A DNA stretch of 61,628 bases, filler included, from Globobulimina sp. (taxonomy: Eukaryota), in the NCBI GenBank assembly GCA_003354225.1. It is 10 parts of 10 records of this genome, joined end to end, with 100 filler letters (N's around TTAATTAATTAA, not from the genome) between each part and the next. Parts side by side here need not be neighbours in the genome. Positions count along the whole stretch, not along the records: positions 6,200 to 12,297 come from PIVH01000362.1; positions 12,398 to 18,493 come from PIVH01000363.1; 8 more parts are not named here. One strand, written 5' to 3'. The notes below the pieces were generated by a model. The model saw only the letters and a list, made by a program, of their open reading frames with translations. It had not been told where the DNA came from and did not search any database. Shown here one piece after another: positions 10,031-18,173 of the stretch. Made by a program: the position numbers and the translations under genes. Position 1 is the first letter of the stretch. The number at the start of each line of letters is the position of its first letter.

Positions 10031-10666
10031 ATGTTTATTATAAGTTGCTTGTCGCAAAAGGGTGGTGTTGGCAAAACAACGCTTGTTGCGCATTTATCCG
10101 GCTTTCTTGCACAGCAAGAGGGGAAAATCCTGATTATTGATTTAGACCCACAACAAACCTTGCGCGAATGGTGGGACACCAGAGAAGCCACAAATATAAC
10201 GTTTGCCGAAGCGAATTTTGATGACTTGCAGGCGACCATTAACACCGCGCGCGGCGAAAAATTCGATTATGTATTTATTGACACGCCGCCGTCGGTCTTT
10301 TCCGAAAGCAAAAAAGCGGCGGACGTTGCCGATTTTGTCATTATGCCGACCAGCCCCAAAATATTTGACCTGCGGGCGCTTGCCAGTACTGTCAAAATCG
10401 TGCGTGAAGCGGGCACGCGCGGGCTTGTCATCCTCAACCGATGTAAACCACCGGTAAACGGCCAGGCGGCGGCCAGCGTTGCCGAGGCGCGCGCGGCGCT
10501 TGCCGTCTATGAAATGGATATATCTGATAAATACGTATGCGAACGGGTGGCATTTTCAGATAGCGTTTTACACGGCCAGACAGTGGGCGAATTTGAGCCA
10601 CGCGGCAAAGCGGCCCGCGAAATTTCCGATCTTATGCAAAGAATTGAAAAGGTGATTACATGTTAA
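10031..10666 (+). CDS. parA: ParA/ParF Walker-type partition ATPase (type Ib)
   Basis: KGGVGKTT, IDLDPQ, FIDTPP; short protein without an N-terminal HTH. Confidence 0.92.
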   Translation: MFIISCLSQKGGVGKTTLVAHLSGFLAQQEGKILIIDLDPQQTLREWWDTREATNITFAEANFDDLQATINTARGEKFDYVFIDTPPSVFSESKKAADVADFVIMPTSPKIFDLRALASTVKIVREAGTRGLVILNRCKPPVNGQAAASVAEARAALAVYEMDISDKYVCERVAFSDSVLHGQTVGEFEPRGKAAREISDLMQRIEKVITC

Positions 10667-10893
10667 ATAAGGCCGAGAAAAAAAAATCAATGCTGAAAAG
10701 CTCCGTTAAAAAACCGCTGCCCGTTGAACGCAAAGCAGACACGCCCGAACCAGTGATTAAAACCGTGCTGGTCAAATTGCCCTATGCCTTATGGGAAGAA
10801 ATGCGCCACACGGCACTTGAACAGAAAACCACCGGGCAAAATTTGCTTGTTGACGGGCTTAAAAGCGAACTTAAAAAACACCGGAAAGGGTAG
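10660..10893 (+). CDS. ParG-like ribbon-helix-helix centromere-binding protein
   Basis: Overlaps the parA stop; flexible N-tail then KTVLVKLPYALWEEMRHTALEQKTTGQNLLVDGL (RHH pattern). Confidence 0.75.
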   Translation: MLNKAEKKKSMLKSSVKKPLPVERKADTPEPVIKTVLVKLPYALWEEMRHTALEQKTTGQNLLVDGLKSELKKHRKG

Positions 10894-11078
10894 GGGGCGC
10901 CGATGGGGGATAGGATAATATTTGTTATTGCCGCAATCTGCATTGCGTTTACCATCTATTTAAAGATTTCGGGTAAGGATGCCAATATACCGTATTCGGA
11001 TTATGACTACGAAATTAGAAGACGGTAAAATTAGGTGAATGTTTATTTAGATACTATCAACAATATTTGGAGAAAAAA

Positions 11079-11336
11079 ATGTCAATCGTAAATAAAATAG
11101 AAAGAATTTCGCTGTCTGGCGGGATTATTGGTCTTCTCACTACAAACCCAAGGAAAGCACTAGAGGATACAATTAATAAATATAATAAAGTTGGATTTAA
11201 AGTGGTTCACTTTGCGGAACATAAAACAACAAACATGTTAGTCATTATAATTCAATTGGTAGTTTTAATGCTCACCTTGGGACTATGGACGTTTGGAGCC
11301 GGTTACATGGTTCTGTTTGAAAAAGAAACTGAATAA
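11079..11336 (+). CDS. DUF4177-like small membrane-associated protein
   Basis: LEDTINKYNKVGFKVV and YMVLFEKE pattern; RBS GGAG. Confidence 0.55.
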   Translation: MSIVNKIERISLSGGIIGLLTTNPRKALEDTINKYNKVGFKVVHFAEHKTTNMLVIIIQLVVLMLTLGLWTFGAGYMVLFEKETE

Positions 11337-11418
11337 CGCACCTCTTTTGCAAGCCTGATATTCCCCTGTCTGTTCCTGTATATAGACAAGGGTATTAACA
11401 AACACAGAAGAAAATAAC

Positions 11419-11736
11419 ATGATTAAGCTCTACATGACCAGCATCCCGCAAGTACAACATTTGGTAAATTATGCCGAACTATTCCCGCAATTGTTTGACT
11501 TAAAACAGCCGTGGTATGAAATCCACCTTCACCAGAACCAGACTTATGATAGTTTTTGTCATGGCTTGCGAAGTAAAAAACGTAAACCGCTCACTGATAA
11601 CGCCTTGGCCGAACTAATCACGCTGGTGGCAACGGGCCGGTTTTCAATGAATGTTGAGAAGGCGGCCTATGTTATGCCGGGTTGGCCAAACTTAAAACCG
11701 CCGACAATAACCATTTGTGCGGACGCGGAAAAATGA
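11419..11736 (+). CDS. Hypothetical phage protein
   Basis: 105-aa ORF with ATGA overlap into the next gene. Confidence 0.55.
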   Translation: MIKLYMTSIPQVQHLVNYAELFPQLFDLKQPWYEIHLHQNQTYDSFCHGLRSKKRKPLTDNALAELITLVATGRFSMNVEKAAYVMPGWPNLKPPTITICADAEK

Positions 11737-12134
11737 GCGGGATACGTAAAATCTTTTGCACTGGTTGCGCATGTACCGTTAAGGCCAGGCTTGCGGATGG
11801 GTCCGAGATTTATCCGCGCCGCCGCGATTTGCACAAGTTGCCCTTTTGGATTTGCAATACATGCGGGAATTTTGTGGGCTGTCACCACAAGACCAAAGAT
11901 AGAACGCGGCCTCTTGGCTGCATTCCAACGCCTGAAATCAAGAACGCTCGACAGCATATTCATAGGATACTTGATCCTATATGGCGGTTGAAGAAAATGA
12001 AGCGGTCGGCGTTGTATGCGCGTATTTCTGAACAGATAGGCCGGGATTTTCACACCGCCGAAATTGACAGTGTTGAAAATGGCCGGGATATTTACCGGAT
12101 TGTTCGAGAAATAAGCAAGGAAGTAGGATTATGA
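11733..12134 (+). CDS. Phage zinc-finger protein (DUF3268-like)
   Basis: CxxC...GSEIYP...FWICxxCGNFVGCH...PLG...ILDPIW...HTAE. Confidence 0.8.
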   Translation: MSGIRKIFCTGCACTVKARLADGSEIYPRRRDLHKLPFWICNTCGNFVGCHHKTKDRTRPLGCIPTPEIKNARQHIHRILDPIWRLKKMKRSALYARISEQIGRDFHTAEIDSVENGRDIYRIVREISKEVGL

Positions 12135-12297
12135 AATTTCGGGAACATCGCGGAAGCCTTGCGGAATCAATGAAAACCGTTTTTGAATTTAATACACCTT
12201 TCGAATTGCTACAGCATATTAACGATGTTATGTGGCTGAATAATCCGATAACAGATATCAAAGCGGAACCTTACAGCGGCGAAGATGACCGCATTGG
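12131..12297 (+). CDS. Phage hypothetical protein, truncated
   Basis: MKFREHRGSLAESMKTV; ATGA-coupled to the upstream gene. Confidence 0.6.
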
Positions 12298-12397
12298 NNN
12301 NNNNNNNNNNNNNNNNNNNNNNNNNNNNNNNNNNNNNNNNNTTAATTAATTAANNNNNNNNNNNNNNNNNNNNNNNNNNNNNNNNNNNNNNNNNNNN

Positions 12398-12516
12398 AAT
12401 TATGTGTTTTGTGGAACTAAAGGGACAAAACACAAGTTCTGTAGGAAAACTAACTAAGCAGTCCAGAAAAGCGTTTCTGGAAACACCACATAATATTACA
12501 TAATTATGACGTCATC
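12398..12516 (+). repeat. 119-bp exact direct repeat, copy 1 (copy 2 at 18375-18493)
   Basis: AATTATGTGTTTTGTGG...ATGACGTCATC is identical at both contig ends. Confidence 0.95.
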
Positions 12517-12614
12517 ACATTACATAATCACATCACATTTCACATCCCCTTCTACCTTCACAATCTTACAATAAAATTTTTTTAGGATACGCGCTTTCGC
12601 AAATAGTAAATCCA

Positions 12615-13274
12615 ATGAATGTAAGATTATTCAGGAAAAGGAAAAGAAAGATAAACGAAGTCGAAGGACTAGACGTTTTCGAAAAGATAATCAAAAAGAA
12701 AACCCTCAAAGCCCTTAGTCGACATAAGCCCTTACGGCAAACAAGCAGACAAACTAAATTTGCTGATTTCGAGCAGATAAAAGAGAAAATAAATTCAATT
12801 GAAATGGATAAAAAAGAAGCGATATTAAATACAAATGAGGCAATCAATACGAGAAATAAGATGGTATTGAACACAATGAACGATCGAAAATTAAATTGTT
12901 TAAGAAAGATGAATTGCAGCGATGTAGTCGAATTACAGGATTTGATCGAAAAAGAAGAAGAAAAAACAAAAAATGCATTAAACGATTTAAAAACGATCGC
13001 AAAAAGAACAAAAATCTCGAAATTAACCGAGGAATTAAGTTACGACGATTTGGTGCAAAAATTAGCAAAGGACAATGATATGAAAGGTTTAGTTTACGCA
13101 ATGGCAAAAAACGCAGAATTACGAGCAAAAGATGCCATGGCCGAGATCGAAGAAGTCGACGCAATGCAGCGAGATATGGAAAAAATCAATACGGCAAATA
13201 TCGAATTGCGACGAAATTTAGAGAAGGAAGCATTGGATGCGGCGAATAACAGTTCAGCCGGGAACCAAGTATGA
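12615..13274 (+). CDS. Retroelement ORF0: basic N-terminus plus coiled coil; probable first exon of gag (donor at 13269)
   Basis: 219-aa ORF; NLS-like RKRKRK; ends CAA|GTATGA. Confidence 0.75.
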   Translation: MNVRLFRKRKRKINEVEGLDVFEKIIKKKTLKALSRHKPLRQTSRQTKFADFEQIKEKINSIEMDKKEAILNTNEAINTRNKMVLNTMNDRKLNCLRKMNCSDVVELQDLIEKEEEKTKNALNDLKTIAKRTKISKLTEELSYDDLVQKLAKDNDMKGLVYAMAKNAELRAKDAMAEIEEVDAMQRDMEKINTANIELRRNLEKEALDAANNSSAGNQV

Positions 13275-13556
13275 TTTCTATACACTTTCCTAACTATAAA
13301 TATCTATAACTTGCACTTGTCAGAAACAAAATTTTCATTGTTTCTGTGCGAATTTCCGTGTTGACTGAAGGCCTTTACGTCAGAGCGACGTACACAGAGA
13401 AGGCAGAAGAGAGCGATATTGAGCATCAAAAGTCTGATCGCACGGAATTCAGACAAAAAAGCGGGGTTTAAAGGAATTTACACTACGACCCACGCAGTGG
13501 TTTGATCAGCATTTTAGTACGGCAATACATTGCCAAATGTATCCTAATATACATAG

Positions 13557-14525
13557 TTGGGAAAAAGCGAGGTGCAGGACATCATTGTATCGGCGACAAA
13601 GGTGGCAGCAAAGGAGATGGCTAAAGAGAGAGATTTAGCATCGAATGCAATTGATTTAGATGGAATTGGAGCAAATTTAGAAGAATTGAAGAAGCAAAAC
13701 ATCCTAAAACTAGTAAAAGCGCAGAAAGAGAAAGCTTTGGAGACGGTGACAATAAATTGGTTGAATGAGAAGCCATTTGGAGAGAATGTAGCAAATATTT
13801 GCGCGATGAGACATGACTTGGATAAGAAATCCAAGCGGAAGAGAGAGAAAAAGATGGATTTTAATTTGAAGCATTTCCAAGAAATGTATTTGGTTTTGAG
13901 AGCGGTCATGGATAAGAAAAGCAGTGATTTATTAATCAGAGAGGCAAATATATTGGAAACTATCCAATCTGTCGATGAGTTATCGGATTTGAAAGCGGAT
14001 CAATTATTGTATACCGCCAAAGTGTTATATTGTTTGGTGGATCATTATAAAAATAATATCATCGAACCAATGGATATATTGATGATGCATTACATTTTAG
14101 ACCATCGATCAGCGCCAGCCACGGCTCTGATGGCTTTAGAACAATTTATAAAGAAACGGAATTTGAAAACGAGTGGATTGGGAGTTTTAGAGAGTTTGGG
14201 AGTAAATGAGTTGAAAGTAGACAAAATCTTGGAGCAAATTAACATTTTAAAGAATTTGAATGAGAAAAATGTGAGCTTTGCAACCGTGGCAACATCGGGA
14301 ACAAAGAAAAAGAGACCGAGATGCCCGGAAGGTAACAATTGCGTAGTTTTTCAACATCCGGACGCAAGATGTAATAATTGGCATCCATTGGATCCAAATA
14401 TATATTGGAGAAGGAATACTGGACAGAGTTTTAATAACAATCAGCAAGGACGAGGAGGATACGCCAACAGAGGCGGAAACCAAAGAGGCAGAGGAGGAGC
14501 AAACAATAATTGGAATAGATTTTAA
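13557..14525 (+). CDS. Gag-like protein with CCCH-type zinc finger and RGG tail
   Basis: CPEGNNCVVFQHPDARCNNWH then GRGGYANRGGNQRGRGG; frame opens directly after acceptor CATAG (13556); lies before pol. Confidence 0.75.
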   Translation: MGKSEVQDIIVSATKVAAKEMAKERDLASNAIDLDGIGANLEELKKQNILKLVKAQKEKALETVTINWLNEKPFGENVANICAMRHDLDKKSKRKREKKMDFNLKHFQEMYLVLRAVMDKKSSDLLIREANILETIQSVDELSDLKADQLLYTAKVLYCLVDHYKNNIIEPMDILMMHYILDHRSAPATALMALEQFIKKRNLKTSGLGVLESLGVNELKVDKILEQINILKNLNEKNVSFATVATSGTKKKRPRCPEGNNCVVFQHPDARCNNWHPLDPNIYWRRNTGQSFNNNQQGRGGYANRGGNQRGRGGANNNWNRF

Positions 14526-14567
14526 CCAATAATAATACAAAGAATATAGGGAAAAATTTGATTTTAA

Positions 14568-16556
14568 ATGCAACGAAATCTTGCATTATATTTATATAAT
14601 TTAAATTCAAATAATCACTTGTTTTTCTTTCTTTTTACAACACAGAAATCGCGCGAAAGAAAATTCAAAGCCACTGACTCAGCTTTGGAAAAAGACCCGG
14701 TCATAAAAGCGTTTCTAGAAAAATGGAAAGAAGAAAAACCGTCAGAAGAACCGCCAAAGTGGCCGTTAAATGCGAAATTATGGAAAACGTTATTGAAAGA
14801 TAACGAGTGCTCGGACAAGAGCGAGTTTCTGAGGCAGCTAAAGGAGGGAATGGACCTCACAAAAAACAAAGAGATAGAATGCGATCAAGGGAAAAAGTCA
14901 TATAAAATGACATTGGAAGAGTGGCGTTTCGTATGCGAGAAAATTGACGACTACCGAAGCGAAGAAAAAAACTGTGTCTGGGGAGCTTTCACAGAAACAG
15001 ATATAAAGAAGAATAAAAGGTTAGAAGGGCATAGAATTATGCCACATTTTGTAGCACATAAAGTGAGAGAAGACGGCACCACAAAGATGCGAGTCGTAAC
15101 AGACGCATCGAGCGCTGAGCCAGGGGGCAAATCTTTCAATGATAACGTTGAAAAAGACGAATCAAACCTAAAATATACTCACATTTATGAGATAATCGCA
15201 ATGATAGTCGCTTGCAATTTAATATGGCTTGTTATGGCAGACGCAGTCAATGCCTTTAACAGAGTGCCAATAAGCAATAAATACATAAAATACTTCGGAA
15301 TCCAAGTATCGGGATTCGTGTTTTATTGGACGTGTGTGGTATTTGGGGGCTCTTCAAGTTGTAGAGTCTATTCATGGTTCGCGGCATATGTGGTATGGAT
15401 AATAATATATCACAACAAAAGAATATTCATAATAAATAAAGTAATAGTTTTGAAGAATTATTTAGATGATTTTATAGCAGGGCATCCAACATATTATGGA
15501 GCCTGGCTACAATACTACGCATTGCTGACTTGGTTCGCCTTCTTGGGAATACCAACACAGATAAAAAAGATGCAAATCCCAACAAGAGTCTTGAAATACA
15601 TTGGATATACAATAAACACATTAGATAGAACCCTAATGATGCCAACCGACAAACTATTAAAAATATGCATATTAGGAAATGAAATAATAAATTTGATTGA
15701 TAATAAGCAGAAAATAAAAGTGAAACTAATCCAATCTTTTGATGGTACCACACGTTTCGCATCGCCTATTTATTATTATTTTGCGCCATTTTTAAGGAAT
15801 ATGGAGGAAGCCATACGGGGAAAAGATAAAAATGAGAAGGTTTGGGGCAATGCAGAGATAAAACAAGACATAGAATTGATAATAAACACAATAAAAGATA
15901 CAAACAGAAATAAAATATCTTGGGAATGGCTACTTTATCCTAAGGACAAAGGAGACATTGTAGTTGAAACCGACGCGTCGGGCAAATTTGGAATGGGTGG
16001 ATTAGAGAGAAAAAGCGGAGGGATCTGTTACATGGTAAGATACCAAGATATCATTGGTTGGGACTACGAGAATGAACCAGACATTGTATGGAAGGAATTG
16101 TGCGCAGTTTATATCATAAATAAGTTGCAAAGCAAAGATTGGGCCAAGAAGGCCATTTTACTAAAAGTCGACAACAAAGCTGTCGAACACATACTAATTA
16201 AGAAAAAATCCTGTTTTGAGAGGAAAGATTTGCAAATTTTGGTTAGGAAGATTTGCAAAGAAGCCATGAACTCAAATTTCTATGAATGGGTCAATTGGAT
16301 ATCAACAAAAGACAACATTTACGCCGATGGACTTTCAAGAGGAGATTGGACAATTTTGGGCAAGTTAACATACGATGTAATTGATAAAAGCGAAGAAGCA
16401 TTGATCCATGCCCAAGAAGCTTGGAATATGTACAAAAGCGCCAGGAAGCGAATGATACGAAATAATAATGACAATAAAAAATGCAGATGCAAAAATAAAA
16501 TAATATGCGATGACCAACAGCTATATTCAAAATGGAAAAAAACATGTTATTGTTAA
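14568..16556 (+). CDS. Reverse transcriptase-RNase H (DIRS-type); coding part probably starts at acceptor 14646
   Basis: RT: ADAVNAFNRVPI, VFGGSSSC, NYLDDF; RNase H: ETDASG, KELCAV, KVDNKAV, NIYADGLSR. Confidence 0.93.
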   Translation: MQRNLALYLYNLNSNNHLFFFLFTTQKSRERKFKATDSALEKDPVIKAFLEKWKEEKPSEEPPKWPLNAKLWKTLLKDNECSDKSEFLRQLKEGMDLTKNKEIECDQGKKSYKMTLEEWRFVCEKIDDYRSEEKNCVWGAFTETDIKKNKRLEGHRIMPHFVAHKVREDGTTKMRVVTDASSAEPGGKSFNDNVEKDESNLKYTHIYEIIAMIVACNLIWLVMADAVNAFNRVPISNKYIKYFGIQVSGFVFYWTCVVFGGSSSCRVYSWFAAYVVWIIIYHNKRIFIINKVIVLKNYLDDFIAGHPTYYGAWLQYYALLTWFAFLGIPTQIKKMQIPTRVLKYIGYTINTLDRTLMMPTDKLLKICILGNEIINLIDNKQKIKVKLIQSFDGTTRFASPIYYYFAPFLRNMEEAIRGKDKNEKVWGNAEIKQDIELIINTIKDTNRNKISWEWLLYPKDKGDIVVETDASGKFGMGGLERKSGGICYMVRYQDIIGWDYENEPDIVWKELCAVYIINKLQSKDWAKKAILLKVDNKAVEHILIKKKSCFERKDLQILVRKICKEAMNSNFYEWVNWISTKDNIYADGLSRGDWTILGKLTYDVIDKSEEALIHAQEAWNMYKSARKRMIRNNNDNKKCRCKNKIICDDQQLYSKWKKTCYC

Positions 16557-16701
16557 CACATTTTGACATAAATTCGAGTAATAAATAGGATACTTTCCTT
16601 GGAACGTTTTTCCGTTTCTGTATATTATTGACAAATAATTGTTAGTTTGGTTTGCAACAAATTGTTTGTTTGTTTGTTAGTTTCTTTTTTTGAAAGAAAA
16701 G

Positions 16702-16871
16702 GTGTTTGGGTCTGATCACCGCCGCAATGAACTTTGTCGACAACACAGCCATTGTTGGCCGACAGTGACTGACGTAAATTATATTTGGTGAAACGTGTTT
16801 GGGTCTGATCACCGCCGCAATGAACTGTGTCGATAACACAGCCATTGTTGGCCGACAGTGACTGACGTAAA
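16702..16871. repeat. Tandem duplication of a 77-bp GC-rich hairpin-forming unit (16702-16778, 16795-16871)
   Basis: Copies differ at 2 positions, period 93 bp, in otherwise AT-rich pol-YR intergenic DNA. Confidence 0.9.
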
Positions 16872-17153
16872 AAAAATGTGCAAACAAAACAAAACACAGT
16901 AATTCCATACATTATTTGGGGCAATTTTAGTAGTATTACTTTGTTCTTTGCGATTCGGATTTGCGTTTGAACGTAGTATCTTCTGATTGCAAATACCAAT
17001 AAATAACGCAAATACCAATAAAACCAACATAACACAAATTTGCTTCCACGACGGTGACATTGAAAAAACAGTTTTTGAAAAAGCAAAGTTAATTTTTTAC
17101 TGTTTATACAAACTAAGATAAGAAAAAGAGCGAAAACAAAGAACGAAAGCAAT

Positions 17154-18173
17154 TTGCATTGGATCCCAATGAAATCAATTATAGAATTGGCAGAGAAAAA
17201 ATTCAAGGGAAGAAACGCAATTCTAACGAACAAGCAATACAAAGGAACGCAGAAACACTACGAGATATTCTGCAAAACATACAATTTAAACCCATTAAAT
17301 GGCAGCGAAGAGCAAATAATCAATTTCATAATTTGGAAGCACCAATGTGCCAAAATAGGCTGGTCCGCAATGCACGGACACCTTTACGCAGTACGCGATT
17401 ATTTATTGAATAGAAATATTACAATAAAGACAAAATATGAAGACATGCAGAGATTGCATGGAATAATAAAAGAGGAAAAGAAAAAGAAGCCATCGAAAGG
17501 AAAAGACGCTTTAAAAGAGAAGGAATTGGAGCAAATGATAAAAACTATAAACACCGACAAAAAGATGACAAAGCACGACAAATATGCATGGGAAGCAATT
17601 CTGACATTGCCCTATTTTGGAATGAAAAGAATATCGGAATATGTACATAATTCGGACTTATCATTGGGTTTAAAAGTAAGGAATTTGGAATTTGAGAATG
17701 ATTTGAAAAGCAAAGAATTCCCCCAATCAAGTTATTGTATATTGAACAGAGAAAAAGGGAAAACATACCAGTTTGGTGGAGATTTATACGCAGTGTTCAT
17801 ATGCACCTGCAAAGTATCAAATTTTTGCTTTCTATGTGCAATAAAAAGATATTTAAAATGCAGACAGAAAAAGAAAGCCAATTTAGCGGAGGAAGACCTT
17901 TTTGTATTCAAAAACGGAAAAAAATTGAACAAGTATATAATGGGAAAGAAAATAAAAGATTTAGCAAAGAGAATAGGTCTAAATCCGGACAACATAGCCG
18001 GACATAGTTGGAGAAAAGGTGGAGCACAATGGGCTGTCAAGAAAAATTTGCCAGCAACAACTATTATGAAACAAGCAGATTGGAAATCATTCCAATCACT
18101 AAAAAGATACTATGACAACATTGATCGATTGGATCAAGTTGAGATTTTCAAAAGTAATTTAAAATCTATTTAA
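17154..18173 (+). CDS. Tyrosine recombinase (DIRS/Ngaro-type integrase)
   Basis: Catalytic residues: GMKRISE (R), GKT (K), GHSWRKGGA (HxxR), ADWKS (W), KRYY (Y); N-terminal core-binding helices. Confidence 0.93.
   Translation: MHWIPMKSIIELAEKKFKGRNAILTNKQYKGTQKHYEIFCKTYNLNPLNGSEEQIINFIIWKHQCAKIGWSAMHGHLYAVRDYLLNRNITIKTKYEDMQRLHGIIKEEKKKKPSKGKDALKEKELEQMIKTINTDKKMTKHDKYAWEAILTLPYFGMKRISEYVHNSDLSLGLKVRNLEFENDLKSKEFPQSSYCILNREKGKTYQFGGDLYAVFICTCKVSNFCFLCAIKRYLKCRQKKKANLAEEDLFVFKNGKKLNKYIMGKKIKDLAKRIGLNPDNIAGHSWRKGGAQWAVKKNLPATTIMKQADWKSFQSLKRYYDNIDRLDQVEIFKSNLKSI

Noticed and set aside
16702-16871. CRISPR array or DGR template/variable repeat next to an RT
   Set aside because: Only two 77-bp units with a 16-nt gap, no cas genes, differences are not a run of adenine-specific changes, neither copy lies in a credible gene, and the RT is DIRS-type with RNase H.
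16625-17242. 205-aa antisense ORF in the retroelement
   Set aside because: Low-complexity F/L-rich shadow of A-rich plus-strand DNA and the tandem repeat; no motif.
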